Positions 1-12,230 of a stretch of DNA of 64,000 nt are shown here, one piece after another. Each line of letters starts with the position of its first letter. Position 1 is the first letter of the stretch. The notes beneath the pieces were generated by a model that ran no database searches, was not told the origin of the DNA, and saw only the letters and a program-made list of their open reading frames with translations. The DNA lies in assembly GCA_951406725.2 (NCBI GenBank), contig OX597828.1:1054001-1118000 (forward strand), given 5' to 3'. The DNA comes from Octopus vulgaris. Lineage: Eukaryota. Position numbers and translations under genes: made by a program.

Positions 1-655
1 ACAATTATTTCTGTACCACAGCAGAGTCCTTAAGCTTCCTTGTCTTAATCTTAATCGGGCTACAATCAACTCAGATAGTATTAATTCTCTAAATCTGTTA
101 TGTTATTAATTATAAGTTATTATGACCAAATAGACTGCAGCTCCTGACAGAAATCCATTAATGTGATTCCACAGTAAAGTTTTTATTGAAGTAGTCACAT
201 ACAGGCCCTTTACTTCCATTGGCCTAAATCAACCGAATAACTATGTGAAACTGAAGTTGCATGCAAGATGTATGAAGGAAAATGTTCTAGATATAAAGCG
301 TAGCTACGTTAAATAGTCTTCATCACATGACCATCAAGTTGGGCCACATGATACTGTCATGGAAACACATGCAACATTACTAGAATAAAACATTAATACA
401 ACAACAACTACAACAATGTGATGAGTCTTCTCGTTAGTCTTTCTCCAAGCGTTTCTATCCTGCAACATTTAACTTACATTGAGCTAAACTTCATCCCAAA
501 TATAGCTAATTAACTGTAGCAAATTTCTATCACTCTATCAGAATTCATTACGCATGTACTGTCCAACTACATGGTATCTCAATGCTAGTACAGTCAAAGC
601 ATTTGCACAAACACAATTTTTATACTCAGTTGTTTTACAACATCCAAAAGTTTAC

Positions 656-803
656 CTCATCTCCATTTCTGGTGAAGAAAACTTTCACAAGAGGGCGTAC
701 ACCACTCACATCAGTTTGGTCAAATTTTATACCACAGCCAATTCTGTCACCAGTCAAGCATTTTGAACCAAATGGCCGGCCAATACCACAAGACTTGTAT
801 AAC
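656..803 (-). CDS. SPRYD3: SPRYD3 coding exon 4 (LYKSCGIGRPFGSKCLTGDRIGCGIKFDQTDVSGVRPLVKVFFTRNGDE); gene continues beyond the window start
   Basis: attacag acceptor, GTAAAC donor, 1+147 nt; SPRY motifs FG.KC..GDRIGCGI and VFFTRNG. Not in the ORF track. Confidence 0.92.
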
Positions 804-2006
804 CTGTAATAGTGAAGAAACTAGAACATTTGAAAATATAAAATTTGTGTCAAATGAAGAAAGAATAACCAATATATATTTGTGTATATAAAATAGTGTC
901 AAGTTTTTAGGAAACCATGTTCAATTACTAACTGGAACCACTACTCTTTACAAAATACCCCATACCAGATACTTAGAGCAAGGTGGATTCATTAATACTG
1001 ACATTTTGAGACAATGCATCAAAATAAAACACTTAGAAGCCAGTGTGTTTTTTTTTTTTATCTTTTACCTTTTACTGGTTTCTGCCCAGGGCTGAGGTCA
1101 TGCTGGTGCACAACCTGTTATGCAAAAATTTTCATTTTATTTTCAAGTAATGTAGATTTTATTTTTTAGTTCAAGATTTTAAACTCTTAAAATTATGTTT
1201 TCCTGAACTGAAAGTGAGAAGGAGAATTTAGACAGAAATTTTTAAAATTAAATTTGAGATCTTTTAAAATTTTTTCTACTCACGGAATTTTTACAAATTT
1301 TCAACACTGATGTAGCTTTGTATAATGACAAAAAAAATCACATTCTTTTTCTGACAAAATTAATAATAAAAAATGTAGCACATCTTTAAATCTATGTAAT
1401 TTTAAATAATCAAAATCCTATCCTCCACCACTGACATACTAGAAGTCACATTGTCTGATTCCAATGGATCAGCATTAACACTATTCATAATTCCTCTTAG
1501 AATTGTAATTCTGTTTGTGTATTCCTGAGTGAAGAATCTGACCACAGTCCATTTTTGTATGAAGGAGTTATGACTCTTGATTACAAAAATCATTTAGATA
1601 ACTATAGGAGATCTACTCCACAATTCCTTAAGGAAAGTGGTCCCCCATAGAATTGTTGAAATTGATGAAACAGTGTTTTGAGGCAAAAATATAACAAAGG
1701 TAAAATGTTATTTGAACAATAGGTTTGTATAAGAAGTATTTCTTTATGTTGTGCCTCCTTAGGAGTGTGACACATTAGAAGAGTGCATTCAACAATCAAT
1801 TATTCCAGGAACAACAATATACAGTGACATGTGGTCACTGTATATTGTAGTTCCTGGAAGATATTAGATTCCCATTTTCCAGAGATACATGGCTACTATT
1901 CTCTGCACAGAATGGCGAACTTGCAAGATGGCATCCACATTCAACAAGTGGAACGCATTTGGCCAAGCTCAAGCAAGGAAATGAACAGTGACCTGGTACT
2001 CATTAA

Positions 2007-2350
2007 TCTTTTATTTTACTTGTTTCAGTCATTTGACTGCAGCCATGCTGGAGCACTGCCTTTAGTTGAACAAATCGACCCCAGGACTTATTCTTTGTAA
2101 ACCTTAGTACTTATTCTATTGTTCTCTTTTGCCAAACCACTAAGTTACGGGGATGTAAACACACCAGCATCAGTTGTCAAGCGATGGGGGGGGGGGGATA
2201 CAAACACATTTTCCGTCTACCAAATCCACTCACAAGGCTTTGGTTGGCCTGAGGCTACAGTAGAAGACACTTGCCCAAGGTGCCATGCAGTGGGACTGAA
2301 CCCAGAACCATGTTGTTGGTAAGCAAGCTACTTACCACACAACCACTCCA
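2007..2350 (-). mobile_element. tRNA-derived CORE-like SINE
   Basis: Minus-strand head with A/B-box-like TGGTTGTGTGG and GGTTCAGTCC, CORE-like ccttgggcaagtg, tail gcatggctgcagtcaaatgactgaaacaagtaaaa; near-identical to the copy at 10478-10860. Confidence 0.85.
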
Positions 2351-2665
2351 GTCTACAATAAACTTGTATCTCTGTGAGTTCATGTGGTGCTGCTAGTACA
2401 AAAACTCACACTGCATAGTAGAATTTCGTTTATGCTTTCTTCCTGTTTGATCAAGGCACTGTTTGAGGTTGCGTAACATTTTAGTTACATTTCACTAAAT
2501 TCTTTTAATTAAAAAAAGAAAATTCAAGCTTTCATAATGTTTTGATTTTCTTATCATTGCCCTCTGGATAACAATGATAATGTTAAAGATGTTCCCATGG
2601 AAACACACAACTGCAATTATGGTATATCAGTAATGGAGGATTCCAATTGGCTAAAATTACATAAC

Positions 2666-2883
2666 TGTTGTGTGGACGCCCCCAGACGATAAGTAAGCTA
2701 GTCCAATATGTATGAATAGTGGACATGAAAGTTAGTCATAGAAGCGTTGCGTAGAGCAAACTGGAGCCGTCAGTAGACTAGATGTCGAGTACTGTTGAGT
2801 TGAGTTGTTGGAAGTGAGAGTTCGGTAGTTGAGTAGAGGTACGTTATTGACGAAGGCACGCCATCTGAATGTGCGATATAACA
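2666..2883 (+). repeat. 5' LTR
   Basis: Aligns without gaps to 7122-7339, ~24 substitutions by eye. Confidence 0.95.
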
Positions 2884-2912
2884 GTGGTGACAAGGCTTTG
2901 AATAGTACCGAA

Positions 2913-5900
2913 ATGGAAGAGTTACTGAAAGCAGTTGTCACAAGAGCAGCAACTACAGAAGTTAACAGAATTGTTACTGCAGTCGAGAAATACGATAGAA
3001 TCATTTTCAGCAGATGGTGTTGCAAATTCCATCAAAGAATTTCACTACAAACCAAATGAAGGAACTACTTTTACTGCATATTACAGACAATACAAAGACA
3101 TATTCCGAGAGGAATGCAAGGAATGGTCTAGTGAAAGGAAGGTGACTTCTTTTATGAAAGCTTGCCCCTCTAGAACATGAAAGTTTTTGTAACTTTATTT
3201 TGCCGAGAAAGCCCGTGGAATTGTGCTTTGATGAAACGATAAATATTTTTACTAATATTTTTAGCGAGAAAAGTTCACAGTTTAACATCCAGTGGGAATG
3301 TTTAAATTTAAAGAAAAATGAGCATACGATTTTGTAACATATGCCGGTATGGTTAATAAGGCTTGCGAAAGGTTAAAGCTGGAAGAATTAATGCCAGATA
3401 TGTTCAAGTGCCTAATATTTGTTAAAGGGCTGGTGGCAATGGAAGATGCGGAAATTAGAAAAAGAATATTATCAAAGCTGAATCAAGATGTGAAACTAAC
3501 CTTGCAGAAAGTGGTTGAGTAATGCCAACAAATAATAAACCTTCGAGTTGATACAAGAAAAATAGAAGACAATGATAAGAATGTACAAATGTGTAAAGAA
3601 AGTACAGATAGAAGAAAATATATAAATTCAAAACGGTGCTATGGTTGCAGAGACAAATATTTGAGGAAAGATTGCCTCTTTAAAGATAAAACATGTTTTA
3701 AGTGTGGTAAAATTGGGCATATACAGATGAAATGCCGGTCAAAGAAAATTGTAAAACTGAAGAAAGTCTACTCAACAAAAGTAAATTATACCCTACAAAA
3801 TCAAAAATTTGTGTTGGTAGAAATAAATGGTTTTCAGACCAAAATGTAGTTATATACCGGTTCAGACATATTGATAATATATACGGCAACATGGAGTAAG
3901 ATAGGCAGGCCGGTGTATAAAAAAACTACTAGGATAGCTCACGGTGTGTCAGGGGAATGAGTTCAATTCTTGGGTGAAATTTCACCAGAAATAAAACTTA
4001 AAAACATGACATGGAAAAGTAAACTAATGGTATCTAAGAATACAATGAATCTGTTTGGGACAGATTTAATAGACGAATTCAACCTGTGGGATCTACCATT
4101 GAATACACTATGTAGTAAGGTGAATGTGTCACAGTCCATGTCAGAGAAAGCATCGGAAAAATTGAAATTAAAATTGAAAAAGATGTGTTTTCGAAAGAAC
4201 TTGGTATGTGCAAAAAAATCAAAAGTTTGAGTTGAAAGAAAATGCAGTGCTGGTGTTCAAACTGAAAAGGAATGTACCTTTTGCAGCGTTAAATCAAGTT
4301 GAGAAGGAATTAAAAAGATTGGAAGACATGGAGGTAATTAAAAAAGTAGACTACTCTGAGTGGGCAGCTCCTACGGTATATATAAAAAAGAAGAACAACG
4401 AAATAAGAGTATGTGTGGACTTCTCAACTGGTCTTAATGATTGTTTAAAAAATTATTATTATCCGCTTCCAAACCCAGAAGAAATATTTGTTAAGAGCAA
4501 TGGTGGGAAAATTTTTTCCAAGCAGGATTTGTCAGAGGCCTACCTCCAATTACTGGGAGATGAAGAATGTGCTAAAGTATAAACAATCAATACTCATAAA
4601 GGTCTCTATCATTACAAAAGACTGCCATTTGGGGTTAAGGTCGCACCAGCAATATTTCAGCAAGTGATGGATACTATGTTAGCAGATTGTGAGTTCACGG
4701 TCCCATACTTGGATGACATATCGATCAAAAGTGAATCGAGGGACCAACATATTCAACATATAGACAAGGTTTTCAAACGAATAAGCGATTATGGGTTTAA
4801 AGTGTGGATAAATGTGAATTTTTCTTGACAAAAATAAAGTACTTAGGACAGATGAAAACCAGACCTTTCTAGGATTGATGCCATAAAAAAAAAAAATGCT
4901 TGCTCCCACTAACAAAACAACACTACAAGCATTTTTAGGTCTGGTAAGCTATTACCAGCTGTACATACCTAAAATGTATGAGCTAAGAGCTCCTTTGAAC
5001 AAGTTGCTAAAGAAGGACTTGAAATGAGATTAGACAAACGAATGTCAGAAAGCATTCGAGGAATTAAAAAAGTAGTTAACATCAGAGTTATCATAAACTC
5101 ATTTCAACCTAAACCTGAAAATAATTGTGGCATCGGATGCCAGTGAATATGGTATAGGAGCTGTGATATTGCATGAATTTAATGTTGGTAAAATCAAAGT
5201 TATTGCACATGCATCGAGAGTTCTATTACCAGCGGAAAGAAATTACAGCCTGAGGCAGTGAGGTGGCAGAAACGTTAGCACACAGGGTGAGATGCTTAGC
5301 AGTATTTCATCTGCCATTACGTTCTGAGTTCAAATTCTGCTGAGGTCGACTTTGCCTTTCATCCTTTCGGGGTTGATAAATTAAGTATAAGTTACGCACT
5401 GGGGTCAATGTAATTGTCTTAATCCCTTTGTCTGTTCTTGTTTGTCCCCTCTATGTTTAGTCCCTTGTGGGCAATAAAGAAATAAGAAACTACAGCCAGA
5501 TTGAAAAAGAGGTGTTATCATTAATCTTTGCAGTAAAAAAACTCCATAAATTCTTACATGGGAGGAAGTTTACACTGCAAACGGATCACCAACCGTTACT
5601 GTCTATTTTTGGTTCGTAAAAGAGTATCCCCATGCACTCAGCAAACTGCTTACAGTGCTGGGGGACTACCCTGTTGAACTATGATTTCCAGATGGAGTTT
5701 TTGCCATCAATGAAAATGAGTCATGCAGACGGATTGTCTAGGCTAATTCCAAAATATGAGGAACCTTTTGAAAACACGGTGATTGCATTGTTAAAACTAG
5801 AAATGGAACTGAAGAACATTTTGTGCAATGTAGTACATGATTTGCCAGTAATGCTGGAACAAATTAAATTGGAATCAGGAAAAGATAGGTTCATAAACAA

Positions 5901-7072
5901 GATTTAAAAAATTATGAGTAACATGAAAAATATAAATGAGCAGAACACAGGTTCAAAGCACTATTCGGTATGTGATGAGGTATTATTATATGCACAAAGA
6001 GTGGTAATACCTGAAGCACTGCAATACAGAGTATTAAAAGACTTCCATGTAGGACATCTGGGGATTGTCTGGATGAAGAGCCTCATGAGGAGTTACATTT
6101 ACTGGCCAAATATGGACAAGCAAATTGAGAGACTGGTAAAACAGTGTAGGGGATGCGCTATGGCAGTAAAGGCACCCCCAGTGCAGATTCAACCATGGCC
6201 AAAAATGGATTCGGCATGGTCTAGACTGCATGTGGATTTCGCAGGACCAATAAATGGCTCTCATTATATCATCATGGTGGATAGCTATTCCAAATGGCCT
6301 AAAGTGTGTAAATTTTCAAGGCCAACCACAAGTGTGACAACTGACTTCTTGGGAGAATTATTCGCTCGTTATGAGGTGCCAGATACAATCGCATCAGATA
6401 ATGGTACACAATTCACAGTGAAGGAGTTCGAAAGATTCTGTGAGTCAGTTCAAATGAAGCATGTGTTAACTCTGCCATACCATCCAAGGTCAAATGGGTT
6501 AGCAGAAAGATTCATCGACACATTCAAGAGAGCTTTAAGAAAGACCAGATGGGAGACCCTTGAAGATACAAAGATGACAAAGTTTTTGCAGGTGTATAGA
6601 ATAACAACGAATCCAAATGCAGAGTTGGGTAGGGTCACCTGCAGATTTGATGTTTTCCAGAAAAATTTGTTCTAGTTTTGATAAATTGTTGCAGAGTAGG
6701 AAACAGAAAATAGAAAGTTCAGGAAGAAGAACGAAATTTTTTAACACAGGTGACGAGGTGTATTTTAAAATATATAGAAATGGAAAACAAGACTGGGAAC
6801 AAGGAAGTATAACTGGACATCTGGGTAATGTGATGTACATGGTAAAAGGACCAAAATATGAACACAGAAGGCATGTAAACCAATTAAAAAAAAGATATAC
6901 TAAAAATCAAGAGAGGCAAGAGGAACCAATGGATATATGGTATGATTTGTTCAAGGTCCCAGAACCACAAGCAGAACCAACACGTAGGTCAAACAGGAAG
7001 AGAAAACCTACAGAAATTATGGAAATTAATGCTAAGAGAAAAAGATATGCCAGTTTCTCACCGAGGAAATAA
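2913..7072 (+). pseudogene. gag-pol pseudogene (CCHC knuckles, protease, RT, RNase H, integrase)
   Basis: CFKCGKIGHIQMKC knuckle, xTGSD protease site, WAAP/RVCVDF and YLDD RT motifs, DAS RNase H, HVDFAGP/SDNG/YHPRSNGLAE integrase; many stops and frameshifts. Confidence 0.93.
5251..5483 (+). mobile_element. tRNA-derived SINE (Meta-domain-like body) nested in RNase H
   Basis: 14-bp TSD aagaaa(t/c)tacagcc at 5237-5250 and 5484-5497; B-box GAGTTCAAATTC; body gaggtcgactttgcctttcatcctttcgggg also seen near 12643. Confidence 0.88.
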
Positions 7073-7121
7073 AATTGATAAATTTGGGTTTAGAAAAAAA
7101 AAAACTCTCAAAAAGGGGAGG

Positions 7122-7339
7122 TGTTGTATGGACACCCCCAGATGATAAGTAGGCTAGTCCTATATGTATCAATAGTGGACGTGATAGCTAGTCGTAGAAG
7201 CATTGCATAGAGAGAGCCGGGGCCGTCAATAGACTAGACGTCGAGTTCTGTTGAGTCGAGTTGTCGGAAGTGAGAGTTTGGTAGTTGAGTAGAGGTACGT
7301 TATTGACGAAGGCACGCCAGCTGAATGTGCGATATAACA
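7122..7339 (+). repeat. 3' LTR
   Basis: Direct repeat of 2666-2883. Confidence 0.95.
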
Positions 7340-8470
7340 ATAACCTTAATGGCTTGTAACTTTTTTGCTATTAGTTTCTGGAGAAAATTAATGTGGTTTT
7401 TGTCATTATCATACAAATGTACATCAGCATAGAAAATTTGAAAAAAAATTCTGTGGGGAGAAATTTAAAAAGATGCTAAATTAAAAAAAATGAAAATTTG
7501 AAAAAATAAATGTATCAGTTTAAAGGAAATAGGAAAAATTAGAACTTGAATTAAAACTGAATTAATCCATCTTGAAATACTTCACAGTATCCTATCTCCA
7601 AGAAGCTGAACACTGCACAATTATCCCATCTCTGAATGCTACCACATGTTCAAAATGTATTCTGAAAATTGTGCAATGAACAGTAATTCAGTGTATTGAG
7701 AGCTGTTTACAGAGTGCTAATACTCGTATCTAGAGTGATGAGCATAGTACAGGGTCCTTATGTCTAAAAACGTTTTCATGACACTGTGTTTTGAGAGTAC
7801 AAACACAGAACAGTGACCTGAAGCACAGAGACCAATATACAGAAGAGTGACTATATATTGAAAGTAGTTTCACTGTACATCATGCAGTGAAACTGTCTCC
7901 AATGAAACTTATGTCTAAAGTGCAGTACACAATAGACAGATCCCTTAGTCATGGGAACAGCACCACTGTACAGTGACATTATGCTCTGGGAGCAGTAGAC
8001 AGTATAGTGACGCTCTTGAAGAGTTTATCATAACAGCTCTATGCCAAAGATTTGGTTTAAAATTTAGACTAATAAGATTAACTCAAGCAGTGTAAAGCAT
8101 TTACTTTAGTACAACAGAACTGACAAGCTGGTCTAAAACTGAACATTCCAAGTTCAATTTATACAAGATTGATTTTGCTGTTAAATCTTTTATACTATCT
8201 GAGATAGTATAAAAGATTTATCCCCCAGGATTTCAATGTCAATAACTCAGAAGAGACTCCTGTATACAGGAGATTTAAGAAATGGTTGAATAGAGGGGAA
8301 TTTTTCAGAATTACATAATTTTTCAGGAAGACGAAGAATCATACATTGTGTGTGTCTGCGAGTGGGTGGAAGTGGTGGTGGCATTATAAGGATGACATAC
8401 TAGTGCTAATTAAATGCCAGATATTAATACCTCAGAATACAGTAAAAATATGAACAAACATTTAACGTAC

Positions 8471-8558
8471 CGACCGTCATCAGCATGGTAGCCAATTGAA
8501 TCAACATTCCAGCCAGGTTGACAGTCAAGAGGATACCGTGATGGTCCTAGACCAATGG
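8471..8558 (-). CDS. SPRYD3: SPRYD3 coding exon 3 (AIGLGPSRYPLDCQPGWNVDSIGYHADDGR)
   Basis: tctgcag acceptor, GTACGT donor, 2+84+2 nt; SPRY signature PGW..S.GYHADDG. Confidence 0.92.
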
Positions 8559-8580
8559 CTGCAGAACAGAACAAAAACAA

Positions 8581-8689
8581 TATGTGTGTGTGTGTGTGTG
8601 TTATACATGCAGAACATGCATGCACACATATCTGTCCATCTCTCTCTCTCTCTCTCTCTCCCTCTCTCTCTCTCCCTCTCCCTCTCTCC

Positions 8690-8733
<44 letters not shown>

Positions 8734-8886
8734 CTATATATACATATATATATATATGTTGTATAAAGGTAAACACATTTTTTCTTCTTTCTCTCTTCCT
8801 TCTTTTCCTTCTCTTTTCCATTGACACTCCTTTCAGATACAAAGGCACACACACATACACACACACACACACACACTCTCTCTCTC
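8581..8886. repeat. Compound (TG)n/(TC)n/(TA)n/(CA)n microsatellites next to exon 3
   Basis: Direct reading. Confidence 0.95.
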
Positions 8887-9158
8887 ACTTTCTCCCCATT
8901 CCTCACCCTCTTTTACTATCCTATATCTCTCTCCACCACTACACACTCAATAATACTATAAAAAGAGACAAATTTCCTGAAGAAATTAAATCGTAAGAAT
9001 CCACTAGAGTGGATGCAAGCGCTAATATATGATTTATAAAAACATGTGACATATTAATAAATACCTGTAAATATAAAACCATCCAGATTTCTGAGTACCT
9101 TATTTCTTCTAATATATAATACCTGTACAAAATCACATTTTGCTATTTTTGTTTAGAT

Positions 9159-10300
9159 ATGGCTAAGTTGGAAATTCATATAGTTTTGAAATATGAGTTC
9201 TTTCTTGGAAATACAGCATCACAGAATATTAACAGAGTATTTCATTCTAATGTTATTATACAGCAGACAGTATCAAATTGGTTTGCAAAATTTCATTCTG
9301 GTAACTTTGACCTCACAAATGAGCAACATAGTCGACCAGAAACAAAGTGCCTATGAATTATTGATGTTGTTTGGTGTTAGTAAGCAAACAATATTGACTC
9401 ACCTAATTCAAATTGGTAAAGTGAAAAAGTTGGATAAGTGAGTTCTACATAAACTCAATGAAAATAAGAAACAGCAACATTATGCTACTTTCTCGTCACA
9501 AAAATGAATAATTTTTCAAGCGAATTGTAACATGTGATAAGAAATGGATCCAATACCCTCTCTCTCTTTCGGAGAGGCACAAGCACCTACACGCACATAT
9601 ACACACACGGCAGTAACTTCCGCCTGCCGAATTCAATCACAAAGCTTCGGTCGGCTCGGGGCTATAGTGGAAGACACCTAACCAAAGTGCCACGCAGTGG
9701 GACTGAACCCGAAGCCATGTAGCTAGGAAGCAAGCTCCCTAACCACACAGCCATGCCCAAACAACCGTAAACGATCAGCACAATGGTTGGACAAAGATGA
9801 GCCACCAAAACACAGTCCAAAAAGCAAAATTCATCAAAAGAAGCTGATGGTGTGTGTTTGGTGGTGTGATCCATCGTGATTTCATTGAACCAGGCTCATC
9901 AAACATGGCCGAAGTATACTACAGCCAACTGGACCAAATGATGCAGAAACTTACAAAATAACAGCCTAGCTTAGTCAACAGATCCACTCCTATTTTATTG
10001 CAAGACAACGCCAGACCATGCATCGCAAAAATGACATTGGCAAAACTACAGGAGTTGGAGTTCGAAGGTCTCCATCATCTACCATACCCATTTTATCTTG
10101 CCTCCACTGACTACCACTTCTTCCAGAATTTGGATAACCTTTTGATGGGAAAACAATTTAATTCCGACGATGCTGTAAAACAGGCCTTCCAAGAATTTAC
10201 CGACTCTAGATTGCCAGGCTATTAAATTTCCAGGCTGGACAAGCTACTGCTGAAATGGCAACAGTTTATTGACAATATGGGTGCATACTTTGATGAATAA
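9159..10300 (+). pseudogene. mariner transposase remnant interrupted by a SINE
   Basis: YEF..G...NIN HTH, TVSNWFAKF, RIVTCDKKWI, QDNARP, HLPYPFYLASTDYHFF (YSPDLAPSDYHLF-like), ends GAYFDE*. Confidence 0.9.
9557..9757 (-). mobile_element. tRNA-derived SINE inside the mariner
   Basis: Head ggcatggctgtgtggttagg...gggttcagtcccactgcgtggcac, related to 2007-2350. Confidence 0.8.
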
Positions 10301-10302
10301 AA

Positions 10303-10860
10303 CTCTCTCTTTACTCTTTTACTTGTTTCAGTCATTTGACTGCGGCCATGCAGGAGCACCACCTTTAATCGAGCAACTCGACCCTGGGACTTATTCTTTG
10401 TAAGCCCAGTACTTATTCTATCGGCCTCTTTTTGCCGAACTGCTAAGTGACTATTACTTGTATTTATAAAACATTACTCTTTTACTTGTTTCAGTCATTT
10501 GACTGCGGCCATGCTGGAGCACCACCTTTAGTCGAGCAAATCGACCCTAGGACTTATTCTTTGTAAGCTTAGTACTTATTCTATTGGTCTCTTTTGCTGA
10601 ACCACTAAGTTACGGGGTCTTAAACACACCAGCATCAGTTGTCAAGTGATGTTGGGGGGACAAACACACACACAAACACATACACACATATATATACATA
10701 TATACAATGATCTTTCAGTTTCCGTCTACCAAATCCACTCACAAGGCTTTGGTTGGCCTGAGGCTACAGTAGAAGACACTTGCCCAAGGTGCCACGCAGT
10801 GGGACTGAACCCAGAACCATGTGGTTGGTAAGCAAGCTACTTACCACAGCCACTCCTGTG
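10303..10860 (-). mobile_element. Two CORE-like SINE copies (tail-only ~10303-10450; full ~10478-10860)
   Basis: Repeated tail ttacttgtttcagtcatttgactgcggccatgc; the full copy has the tRNA-like head ending near 10860. Confidence 0.85.
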
Positions 10861-11003
10861 CCATTAGCAAACTTTTTTCTTTTTTACAAATTTCATACTT
10901 GATGATCTAACATATTTAAAGTTAAATAGGTATGATTAACATTATTAATAATAATAAGATAATAAAGTGGCCAGCAAGTTTACACTTCTAAAGGCAAAAT
11001 ACA

Positions 11004-11259
11004 AACAAAATTCAGTAGGGTATTAAAATACTACTTGCTATAAACAGAGCAATCGCTCTAAAACCACAGATTACTCCTATAAAAAATGAGCTTAAGTATG
11101 TTTTTCATACAGAAAGTGAAATCAATTGATCCTGGAATATACACATTCCTTACTTCTTTGTTGCATTCACCATGTGTATTTTAATATTGAGTAATTTGTG
11201 GTTTTAGAGCAATAGCTCTTTAAAGCAAGTAGTATTTTAATACCTTACTGAATTTTGTT
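11004..11259. mobile_element. Fold-back/MITE-like element with ~70-bp inverted repeats
   Basis: 11004-11076 is the reverse complement of ~11189-11259 with few differences. Confidence 0.65.
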
Positions 11260-11260
11260 C

Positions 11261-11286
11261 ATATATATATATATATGTGTGTGTGT

Positions 11287-11363
<77 letters not shown>

Positions 11364-11403
11364 TGTATATGTGTATATATATATATATATATGTATGTAT
11401 ATA

Positions 11404-11462
<59 letters not shown>

Positions 11463-11469
11463 ATGTGTG

Positions 11470-11531
<62 letters not shown>

Positions 11532-11541
11532 TGTATGTATA

Positions 11542-11590
<49 letters not shown>

Positions 11591-11616
11591 ATATGTGTAT
11601 ATATATATATATATAT
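11261..11616. repeat. (TA)n/(TG)n/(TATG)n compound microsatellite
   Basis: Direct reading; the overlapping ORFs are artefacts. Confidence 0.97.
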
Positions 11617-11669
11617 AAGAAAGAGGCTTGGAGAAGCCATTATGAGAGACTGCTGAATGTGGAGAATGA

Positions 11670-12230
11670 GTGGCACTTCTTTGCTACTTCTCATGACAAG
11701 GGACCTTGTGATGGTTTAGGAGGTACAATTAAACAAATGGCAGCTTGGGGCAGGTTTACAACACCCTTTCAAGAAATAAACCATGACTCAAGACAACTTT
11801 ATGATCATGGTCAGCAAAACATTCCTGGGATTAATTTTATCTACTCTTCAAATGTTGAATGAGGAAAATCTATTGAGAGAGAGATTTAGAAATGCAAGGA
11901 CAATTCCAGGGACATAAAAGTTGCGATATCTACAATAGATGATTATAATAAAATTAGAATCTCCATGCAAAATATTCAATTTGAGGACATAAAAGGGTTT
12001 GTAACTGCAATTTATGATGGTAAGTGGTGGTTAGCCTGTGTTCTTGAAAGAGACCCAGAAACTATGCAAGTAAAACTCACCTTTCTTGAACCTAAAAGAC
12101 TCTCATCATTATTTCAGTATCCTAGGAAGTCAGATATTTTAAGTGGGTTATTTAGACATCCTTTGTAAATTTGACCCCAGAACCACTACACGAAGAACAT
12201 TTCAACAGAAAATGAAATGAAAAATGCATC
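11670..12230 (+). pseudogene. DDE transposase C-terminal fragment (probably Sola2-like)
   Basis: [24 protein letters not shown] and downstream FVTAIYDGKWWLACV; superfamily assigned from motif memory. Confidence 0.6.

Larger units (their letters stand above)
2666..7339 (+). mobile_element. Full-length decayed Ty3/Gypsy LTR retrotransposon (Mag/K02A2.6-like)
   Basis: 218-bp LTRs TGTTG...TAACA at 2666-2883 and 7122-7339; ATAAC TSD at 2661-2665 and 7340-7344; PBS-like TGGTGAC after the 5' LTR; PPT aaaaaggggagg before the 3' LTR. Confidence 0.96.
1138..7580 (+). mobile_element. Degraded Merlin (IS1595/ISXO2-like) DNA transposon with long diverged TIRs, host to a SINE and an LTR element
   Basis: ~1140-1380 and ~7350-7580 are diverged inverted repeats. 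Broken + strand frames read RIVEIDET..KYNKGK (~1648), TLEECIQQSIIPGTTIYSDMW (~1772-1833), GIHIQQVERIW (~1930) and YLCEFMW (~2366), the Merlin DDE motif order. Confidence 0.7.

Noticed and set aside
11200-11232. gttttagagcaatagctctttaaagcaagt resembles the Cas9 repeat/sgRNA start
   Set aside because: Only ~10 nt match, no repeat-spacer array, no cas genes, eukaryotic context; it is one arm of a fold-back element.
11245-11694. Long YI/VC/HT-rich ORFs here and at 8496-8996, 56501-56879 and 61473-62380
   Set aside because: Translations of stop-free (TA)n/(TG)n microsatellites; no protein signal.
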